DNA of 64,000 bases from the NCBI GenBank assembly GCA_902797995.1, contig CADBUX010000002.1, forward strand, positions 7,031 through 71,030, written 5' to 3'. A model generated the notes under the pieces. That model was not told the DNA's origin. It ran no database searches and saw nothing but the letters and a program-made list of their open reading frames with translations. The position numbers and the translations under genes are program-made. Positions 1 through 5,958 of this stretch are shown here, one piece after another. This stretch comes from an uncultured Erysipelotrichaceae bacterium. GTDB lineage: Bacteria; Bacillota_I; Bacilli_A; RF39; UBA660. Position 1 is the stretch's first letter. Every line of letters starts with the position of its first letter.

Positions 1-1
1 T

Positions 2-469
2 AGAGTAAATAGTAAAAATGAATTTAATGTTCCATTTGGAAAGAAATCTAAGGTAAATACCTACGAAGGGCAAAACCTAGGTATTATTTGTGGCTATCTT
101 AACTACAACAATATTAAGTTATTATCAACAGATTTTGAAGAAGCAGTAAAAGATGCTAAAAAAGGTGATTTTATATATTTTGATCCACCATATGATTCAG
201 ATACTTCTACATTTAATAGTTATACAGAGGATGGCTTTGGAAAAGAAGAACAAAAAAGGCTTTCTAGGGTATATAAGAAACTAGCTGACAAAGGATGTTA
301 TGTAATGCTTTCAAATCATAATACAAAGCTAGTTAACGAGTTATATAAAGAATTTAATATAAATGTTATTGAAGCTAAAAGAAATATAAATTCTAATGGC
401 GCAAAAAGAGGTAAAGTTGAGGAGGTAATTATAACAAATTACAAAAATAATAAGGTGTTTGATGAATAA
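2..469 (+). CDS. dpnM: Dam-family N6-adenine DNA methyltransferase (GATC), DpnM / M1.DpnII-like; 5' end outside window
   Basis: Frame 2 is open from the window edge to TAA 467-469. The translation (RVNSKNEFNVPFGK...GDFIYFDPPY...CYVMLSNHNT...EEVIITNY) matches the C-terminal half of S. pneumoniae DpnM as I recall it, including the DPPY motif. It is followed by dpnA and dpnB homologues in the canonical DpnII order. Confidence 0.85.
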   Translation, partial: RVNSKNEFNVPFGKKSKVNTYEGQNLGIICGYLNYNNIKLLSTDFEEAVKDAKKGDFIYFDPPYDSDTSTFNSYTEDGFGKEEQKRLSRVYKKLADKGCYVMLSNHNTKLVNELYKEFNINVIEAKRNINSNGAKRGKVEEVIITNYKNNKVFDE

Positions 470-500
470 GTAGTGTATAATATATATGGAGGTATACATC

Positions 501-1265
501 ATGAATGAATTAAAATACTATTACGATGAGAAAAACTTTAAACTGATCAAAGGAGATTGTCTAGAAATATTAAAAAATATAGAACCTAATAGTATTGATA
601 TGATATTCGCAGATCCTCCATATTTTTTATCTGGAGATGGTATAACTTGTAGTGCTGGTAAAATGGTTAGTGTAAAAAAAGGTAACTGGGATGAAAAAAT
701 AGAAATAAAAGAAAAACATGAATTTAATAAAAAATGGATCAACTTATGCAAAAACGTTTTAAAAGATAACGGAACAATTTGGATAAGTGGTACTATGCAT
801 AATATTTATTCAATTGGTATGGCACTTGAAGAAGAAGGCTTTAAAATAATAAACAACATAACATGGAAAAAATTAAATCCACCTCCAAATATAAGTTGTA
901 GAGCTTTTACACATTCTACTGAAACCATTCTTTGGGCAAAGAAAGATTTGAAAAGAGCTAAACATAAATTTAATTATGAAATAATGAAAGAGCTAAATGG
1001 GGGAAAACAAATGAAGGATGTATGGGAAACATCTCTAACTAAACCTAGTGAAAAGAAATGTGGAAAACATCCTACACAAAAACCCATAGAACTATTAGAA
1101 AAAATAGTTTTAGCATCAACTGATGAAAATGATTTAATACTTGATCCATTTAATGGAAGTGGAACAACAGGAATTGTAGCAAACAGATTAAACAGAAGAT
1201 ATATTGGAATTGAAAAAGAAAAAGAATACTTAGATTTAACTATAAAAAGAAAGGAAAGTGATTAA
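501..1265 (+). CDS. dpnA: Second DpnII-system DNA methyltransferase (DpnA / M2.DpnII-like, beta-class amino-methyltransferase)
   Basis: ATG 501 follows GGAGG (489-493); the track start at 486 lies inside that SD. IFADPPYF near the N-terminus and FNGSGTTG near the C-terminus give the beta-class motif order. The sequence is nearly colinear with my recollection of DpnA (HEFNKKW, WISG..HNIYS.GMALE.EGFKI.NNITW, KHPTQKP). Confidence 0.9.
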   Translation: MNELKYYYDEKNFKLIKGDCLEILKNIEPNSIDMIFADPPYFLSGDGITCSAGKMVSVKKGNWDEKIEIKEKHEFNKKWINLCKNVLKDNGTIWISGTMHNIYSIGMALEEEGFKIINNITWKKLNPPPNISCRAFTHSTETILWAKKDLKRAKHKFNYEIMKELNGGKQMKDVWETSLTKPSEKKCGKHPTQKPIELLEKIVLASTDENDLILDPFNGSGTTGIVANRLNRRYIGIEKEKEYLDLTIKRKESD

Positions 1266-2114
1266 ATGAAAAGAGATTTTGATAAGTGGTTAAGTAAGTT
1301 TAAAAAGAGTATATCTAATTATACATACTATGTTGATTTTGAAAAAATATATAAAAATGTAGATAAAGTAAAAGTTGAACTTAATATTTTAAACTCATTA
1401 ATAGGTAGCAAAAATATAGAAAAAGAATTTGAACAAATACTACTTAAATATCCTGAAACTTTAGAGTGTATTCCGTTGCTATTAGCAGTACGTTCTAGAG
1501 AAATATTTGTTAAGGATGAAATAAATGAATACTTATTTAAATTTGATAAAATGGTGTATTCAGTGAAAGATTATATTAGATTTATGAATGAAAGTGGACT
1601 TTTTGATTTATTACAAAATCATATTATAAATAACTTATATGATTATGTTTTAGGAATAGAAGTTGGACTAGATTCAAACGGCAGAAAAAATCGTGGCGGA
1701 CATTTGATGGAAGACTTAGTTGAAAGTTATATTAAAAAGGCAGGTATTAAAGAATACTATAAGGAAATGTATCTTAATGAAATTGAAGAAAAATGGAATT
1801 TAGACTTATCTGCAATGTCTGGTGATAATGTCTCTACAAAAAGATTTGATTTTGTAATAAAGACAGATAAGCAAGTATATGTTATAGAAACTAATTTTTA
1901 TTCAAGTGGAGGTTCTAAATTAAATGAAACTGCAAGAAGTTATAAAATGCTTGCAGAAGAATCACAAAAAGTAAAAGGTGTAACATTTATTTGGTTTACT
2001 GATGGTTTAGGTTGGATAGGAGCTAAAAAGAACTTAGAGGAAACATTTAATGTATTAGAAACTATTTATAATATAAATGATTTAGAAAATGGGATTCTCG
2101 AAACTTTGAAATAG
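1266..2114 (+). CDS. dpnB: Type II restriction endonuclease, DpnII/MboI family (GATC)
   Basis: ATG abuts the dpnA stop. The strings LNILNSLIGSKNIE, GLFDLLQNH, GRKNRGG, KRFDFVIK, NFYSSGGSKLNETARSYKM and YNINDLE match R.DpnII as I recall it. Confidence 0.9.
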   Translation: MKRDFDKWLSKFKKSISNYTYYVDFEKIYKNVDKVKVELNILNSLIGSKNIEKEFEQILLKYPETLECIPLLLAVRSREIFVKDEINEYLFKFDKMVYSVKDYIRFMNESGLFDLLQNHIINNLYDYVLGIEVGLDSNGRKNRGGHLMEDLVESYIKKAGIKEYYKEMYLNEIEEKWNLDLSAMSGDNVSTKRFDFVIKTDKQVYVIETNFYSSGGSKLNETARSYKMLAEESQKVKGVTFIWFTDGLGWIGAKKNLEETFNVLETIYNINDLENGILETLK

Positions 2115-2128
2115 AATAAGTAAAAAAA

Positions 2129-2178
2129 TAAAATATCCATGGAAATATATATATATGATAAACTATGGATATTTTTTT
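2129..2178 (+). terminator. Rho-independent terminator after dpnB
   Basis: AAATATCCAT (2131-2140) pairs with ATGGATATTT (2165-2174) and is followed by a T-run through 2178. Confidence 0.6.
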
Positions 2179-2216
2179 AATTGATTATATGTTGTTATAT
2201 AAGAGAGTTGAAGGTT

Positions 2217-2254
2217 ATATCCATAAAACAAACCATGTTTTATGGATATATTTT
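2217..2254 (+). terminator. Second strong hairpin (14-bp stem) with the same ATATCCAT/ATGGATAT core, followed by TATTTT
   Basis: ATATCCATAAAACA (2217-2230) pairs with TGTTTTATGGATAT (2236-2249), loop AACCA. Confidence 0.5.
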
Positions 2255-2399
2255 GTATGTACAAAATAAGAATTCTGGAATAGATAATCATTAGTCCATA
2301 AGCAATTGAACTATGTTAGTCCGGAATTGTCTTATCCTGCTTTAGTAAAAATGCAACAAAAATATTTAAATTTTATCCAAGTAGAAAGGAGTATGAAGT

Positions 2400-2583
2400 A
2401 TGAAAAGATTTAACTTTTATATGCCAGATGATTTATATCAAAGAATATCTATTATGGCAAAAAAATATAACTTGGCAGAACTAAAATGACGATTTATTAG
2501 AAATAGGTTATATTAAATTTTTAGATATTGGAAATAAAGTAAGTGAATTAGAGGGAAAATATAAGATAATCGACAACTCATAA
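2400..2583 (+). pseudogene. Frameshifted ribbon-helix-helix (CopG/Arc-like) small gene
   Basis: SD AAAGGAG then ATG 2400 gives MKRFNFYMPDDLYQRISIMAKKYNLAELK, stopping at TGA 2487-2489. Another frame continues as DLLEIGYIKFLDIGNKVSELEGKYKIIDNS up to TAA 2581-2583. The joined sequence looks like one RHH protein. Confidence 0.4.
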
Positions 2584-2586
2584 AAT

Positions 2587-2631
2587 AGTAATATTACGAT
2601 GTAATTAAATATCTATAACTTATGGTATAAT
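2587..2631 (+). promoter_or_regulatory. Promoter of the WYL operon with -35-overlapping operator-like motif AGTAATATTACGATGTAATTAAA
   Basis: Extended -10 TGGTATAAT at 2623-2631. The motif at 2587-2609 contains the inverted repeat ATTAC-N3-GTAAT. A near-identical 23-mer sits at the same distance from the -10 at 4264-4286. Confidence 0.55.
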
Positions 2632-2649
2632 GATTATAAGGTGATTGAA

Positions 2650-3123
2650 ATGTCTAAATTATCAAATACAATAATGTTACTTAGATTACTTCAAAATGGG
2701 AAAAAGTATAGTATTAAAGAACTAGCAAATGAACTTGAAGTATCACCAAGAATGATTAGAACATATAAAAATGAATTGGAGTGTGCAGGAATATATATTG
2801 AATCTATTAGAGGTCCTTATGGTGGCTATTATTTAAATCAAAATATCAAATTACCAGAGAATATTAATAAGTCAAAAATTATACCTGTAAATAAAGAATA
2901 TTATAATTCACTTAGTAAAGCTATTAATAATAGAAATAAATGTTATATTGAGTATTATTCTAAAGAACATGATAGTATAACTAAAAGAGTTATTAGACCA
3001 TATGAACTAATTGTCTTAGATAATGAATGGGGTGTTGCAGCTTTCTGCGAGAATAAACAAGAAATTAGACATTTTTATTTAAATAGAATTAGTAAACTTG
3101 AAATTTTGGATGGAATTTATTAA
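2650..3123 (+). CDS. Short HTH + WYL-domain transcriptional regulator (YafY/BrxR/CapW-like architecture)
   Basis: ATG 2650 follows AAGGTGA; the track start is GTG 2641. The N-terminal stretch LLRLLQNGKKYSIKELANELEVSPRMIRTYKNEL is HTH_11-like. The C-terminal stretch KRVIRPYELIVLDNEWGVAAFCENKQEIRHFYLNRI is WYL-like. Confidence 0.7.
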   Translation: MSKLSNTIMLLRLLQNGKKYSIKELANELEVSPRMIRTYKNELECAGIYIESIRGPYGGYYLNQNIKLPENINKSKIIPVNKEYYNSLSKAINNRNKCYIEYYSKEHDSITKRVIRPYELIVLDNEWGVAAFCENKQEIRHFYLNRISKLEILDGIY

Positions 3124-3177
3124 TGTGACATAAATACTTCCTCTTATAGTGTTAGACTTTCATTAGGAGGAGATAAT

Positions 3178-3696
3178 ATGTTATTTATAGATTTTGATGG
3201 GGTTATATTAGATACTGAACCATTACTATTTGAAGAATGGAGAAAAAACCCAAATAGGCATAGCCTTCCAGAAATAGAAAAGATAAGATATATTCAAAAT
3301 TCTAATTGGGAACACATTATAAATGATTCAGAGGTAATTAACGATTCTATATATTATTTAAAACACTTAGATTCATCTACTTCATTCATTTTAACAAAAA
3401 TACATTCATTAGAAAATGAAGCAAAAGAAAAAGTTAGATGGTTAAGAGAAAAAGGTGTTAAGCAAGATGTTATACTTGTACCATATTATTTTAAGAAAAG
3501 TGATATAGTAGATGCTAGAGGTAATATATTAGTCGATGATTGTCTTAAAAACTTGGATGAATGGAACAATTGTGATGGAAAATCTATATTCTTTGATATG
3601 GATAATGATAATATTGATAGCTGGCACCAACCGAATAAAAAAGGGTATCAAAGGGTATTATCGTTATCTACTTTTGTAAAAAAGGAAGGCAATTAG
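3178..3696 (+). CDS. HAD-superfamily hydrolase, possibly 5'(3')-deoxyribonucleotidase-like
   Basis: SD GGAGGAG lies upstream. It has HAD motif I (IDFDGVILDT) and a late acidic motif (ILVDDC). Its size and prophage-type context resemble NT5C/YorS-like nucleotidases. Substrate is not inferable. Confidence 0.55.
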   Translation: MLFIDFDGVILDTEPLLFEEWRKNPNRHSLPEIEKIRYIQNSNWEHIINDSEVINDSIYYLKHLDSSTSFILTKIHSLENEAKEKVRWLREKGVKQDVILVPYYFKKSDIVDARGNILVDDCLKNLDEWNNCDGKSIFFDMDNDNIDSWHQPNKKGYQRVLSLSTFVKKEGN

Positions 3697-3697
3697 T

Positions 3698-4186
3698 ATG
3701 ATAAAGCTAGGTCAATATAGAGATCCATGGTTATCTGAAAAATGTAATGATGTAATAGGATTTTATCCAAGAGAATTTTATCCACTTGATAATTTTTCGT
3801 CTTTCAAAGTAGAATGGAACGGATATTTATATTCAACACTTGAAGAAGCGTTTCAAAGCAGATTATTTTTACCAGATTATATTGGTATTGCAGAACAAAT
3901 TAAAAATAGTCATTCAGCTCATGAAGCACAGCAAATAATGTTTGAAAATATAAATAAAGTTAAATATTCTAATGAAGAACAAGTACTTATTATGGAAGAA
4001 TTACTAAGACTTAAAATAGAACAAAATCCATATGTAAAAAAGAAATTACTTCAAACTGGTGATTATTTGATAGTTGAAGATTCTCCGAAAGATTCATTTT
4101 GGGGATGGGGTCCTAATAGGAATGGCGAAAATCAATTAGGTAAATTATGGATGAAACTTCGAGATGAATTAAAAAATCAAAAATAG
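3698..4186 (+). CDS. NADAR (YbiA/DUF1768) domain protein
   Basis: LDNFSSF...W.G..Y.T.EEAFQ...F and DSFWGWG..R.GENQLGKLWMKLRDEL parallel E. coli YbiA motifs (FSNF, W.T.EHYFQ, D.YWG.G..G.G.N.LG..LM.LR). The start is 2 nt after the upstream stop, so the genes are probably co-translated. Confidence 0.75.
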   Translation: MIKLGQYRDPWLSEKCNDVIGFYPREFYPLDNFSSFKVEWNGYLYSTLEEAFQSRLFLPDYIGIAEQIKNSHSAHEAQQIMFENINKVKYSNEEQVLIMEELLRLKIEQNPYVKKKLLQTGDYLIVEDSPKDSFWGWGPNRNGENQLGKLWMKLRDELKNQK

Positions 4187-4263
4187 TAATATGCTCGAAA
4201 GATTAAGATATTTTTGAGTATTTAGGTGAGAGATAATCTCATCTTTTTCATTGTTCTATTTTT

Positions 4264-4309
4264 AGTAATATTGCAATGTAATTAAAGTGTTAAGAATTTG
4301 TGTTATAAT
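4264..4309 (+). promoter_or_regulatory. Promoter of the 4333 gene with second copy of the operator-like motif (AGTAATATTGCAATGTAATTAAA)
   Basis: The motif at 4264-4286 matches 21 of 23 positions of 2587-2609. Extended -10 TGTGTTATAAT at 4299-4309. Confidence 0.55.
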
Positions 4310-4332
4310 GAAAATATAAGGCTGTGATTTAG

Positions 4333-4635
4333 ATGAAGATAATAACAATTTGTGGAAGTTTAAAATTTCAAAAAGAAATGATGGAAATGGCACAAAAATT
4401 AGCATTTGAAGGTAATTGTGTTTTGACTCCCACTTATCCTGTACTAAAAGATATAACTATAACTGATAAACAAATAAAACATTTAAAAGATGAACATTTT
4501 AAAAGAATAGAGTTATCTAATGCAATATTTGTTATTGATAAAAATAGTTATATAGGCGATAGTACAAATTCAGAAATAGAATATGCAAAAAAGTTAGGGA
4601 AAGAAATATTATATTATTCTAATTTATTTAAATAA
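4333..4635 (+). CDS. Small nucleoside 2-deoxyribosyltransferase-like (NDT/Rcl-fold) protein
   Basis: N-terminal MKIITICGSLKF and C-terminal GDSTNSEIEYAKKLGK resemble the glycine-rich N-terminal loop and the G.S/T..E...A catalytic-Glu motif of the NDT/DNPH1-like family. This is motif recognition only. Confidence 0.45.
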   Translation: MKIITICGSLKFQKEMMEMAQKLAFEGNCVLTPTYPVLKDITITDKQIKHLKDEHFKRIELSNAIFVIDKNSYIGDSTNSEIEYAKKLGKEILYYSNLFK

Positions 4636-4710
4636 TCTTTACTTGGATGATTAAGATATTACGATGGTCACACAATTATTTAAATTAGGTGTTTTATGTA
4701 AAAAAGAAAA

Positions 4711-4950
4711 GATGACATCAACCGACACTTTTTTATGATAAAATGTTATTGTAGATATGTATATTATAAATAGTATCGTTTATAATCACTTTTTTGTGAT
4801 AAAATTGTATTGTAAGATAATCAAAATAAATAGTATACACAATGTCCGGAAAAAGTGTGGTAATATGGTATTGTAAAATAATTAGATGCATAGTATACGC
4901 CAGTTCCGGAAATTATATGGTAATATGGTATTGTAGAAAAAAATATAATT
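4711..4950. repeat. Four tandem ~60-bp direct repeats (iteron-like array) upstream of the replication-initiator gene
   Basis: Units start at about 4711, 4771, 4831 and 4891. TAGTAT recurs at 4771/4831/4891, and (G/T)TATTGTA recurs at 4746/4807/4868/4928. Each unit contains a TGnTAAnAT -10-like box. Units 3 and 4 also contain TCCGGAA. Confidence 0.8.
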
Positions 4951-5011
4951 ATAACAATTTGAAAGGGAGAGTTATCTTCCTTTTTTTGTTGCTTGAAAAG
5001 GAGGGCTATGA

Positions 5012-5398
5012 ATGAAAAGAGCAAAACCAGGATATTATGCAATAATACCTAGTGAGGTTAGATATGACAAAGATTTAACTGCAAATGAAAAACTGTTATA
5101 TGGAGAAATAAATGCTTTATCTAATCGGGATAACTATTACTGGGCAAGTAATAGTTATTTTTCATCTTTATATGATGTAGCACCAGAAAGTGTTAGTAGG
5201 TGGATAAGGCATTTAAAAGATAAAGGTTATATAAATGTAAATTATGACTCTTCTAAACGAACAATAAATATTAACAATAGTGTTAATGAATCCTTAACAA
5301 GAAAGTTAAAGACTCATAACAATAATGTTAAATATAATAATAAAAATAATAATATAAATGAAATATTTGAGGAGGTGAGGATAAAAAATGACTTTTGA
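5012..5398 (+). CDS. HTH (HTH_36-type) replication-initiator/replisome-organizer-like protein
   Basis: SD AAAGGAGGG. LTANEKLLYGEINALS...WASNSYFSSLYDVAPESVSRWIRHLKDKGYI is the pattern of phage/plasmid initiator N-terminal winged-helix domains. Confidence 0.6.
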   Translation: MKRAKPGYYAIIPSEVRYDKDLTANEKLLYGEINALSNRDNYYWASNSYFSSLYDVAPESVSRWIRHLKDKGYINVNYDSSKRTININNSVNESLTRKLKTHNNNVKYNNKNNNINEIFEEVRIKNDF

Positions 5399-5747
5399 AC
5401 AGCTTAAAGAAATACTTACTAATATAAAAGCACATTATCAGAATTTTGCTATTTATGATTATGTTGTAAAAGAGTGGTATAAAGTGTTAAAAGATTATGA
5501 GTTTGATGATGTGATGGAAAGCTTAGTAGATCATTTAACTAGTGATAATAGTAATGAATTACCCAAAGCATATCAATTAGTTAAATATCTAACACCAGAA
5601 GATTTAAAGAAGGAATGCGAAAGTAATAGATACATAGTATCCTGTAATTTATGTGATAGATGGATGAGTTTAGCTGAGTTTGATAAACATTATGATAAAT
5701 GTTTACATGAGTTTGGAAGAAAATTTAAAAATACAAAAAGTGTTTAA
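5388..5747 (+). CDS. G39P-like replicative-helicase loader/inhibitor domain protein
   Basis: HYQNF......V.EWYKVLKDYEFDDVMESLVDHL parallels the phage SPP1 G39P family signature (YPNF...W...L.DY.YE.V..AL..H). It overlaps the upstream gene by 11 nt. Confidence 0.55.
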   Translation: MTFEQLKEILTNIKAHYQNFAIYDYVVKEWYKVLKDYEFDDVMESLVDHLTSDNSNELPKAYQLVKYLTPEDLKKECESNRYIVSCNLCDRWMSLAEFDKHYDKCLHEFGRKFKNTKSV

Positions 5748-5793
5748 GTCATAAAATTAAGTGACTTATTTTTATTTGAAAGGAGAATAAACT

Positions 5794-5958
5794 ATGAATT
5801 ATGAAATTAATTACTTTTTTGGAGAAGAAGATATAAATGAAATATTAATTGAGGTTTTATTAGATAAAATAAGTGAAAATAGTTGTAATAATCATGAAAA
5901 TAATTTAATATCAAATTGTACTTATTTTTCTCTACAAGAAGGAGGATATAGTGTTTAA
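5794..5958 (+). CDS. Small hypothetical protein (54 aa) overlapping the recombinase start
   Basis: SD AAAGGAGAA then ATG 5794; MNYEINYFFGEEDINEILIEVLLDKISENS...; not in the ORF track because it is below the length cut-off. Coding status is uncertain. Confidence 0.3.
   Translation: MNYEINYFFGEEDINEILIEVLLDKISENSCNNHENNLISNCTYFSLQEGGYSV

Noticed and set aside
4711-4950. Possible CRISPR array
   Set aside because: The units are contiguous ~60-bp degenerate repeats with no unique spacers between conserved repeats. There are no cas genes, and the repeat lacks CRISPR-like palindromic structure.
4821-5042. Minus-strand 73-aa ORF
   Set aside because: It runs through the 60-bp repeat array and its translation simply mirrors the repeats (TIPYYH twice). 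It has no SD and lies antisense to the initiator gene start.
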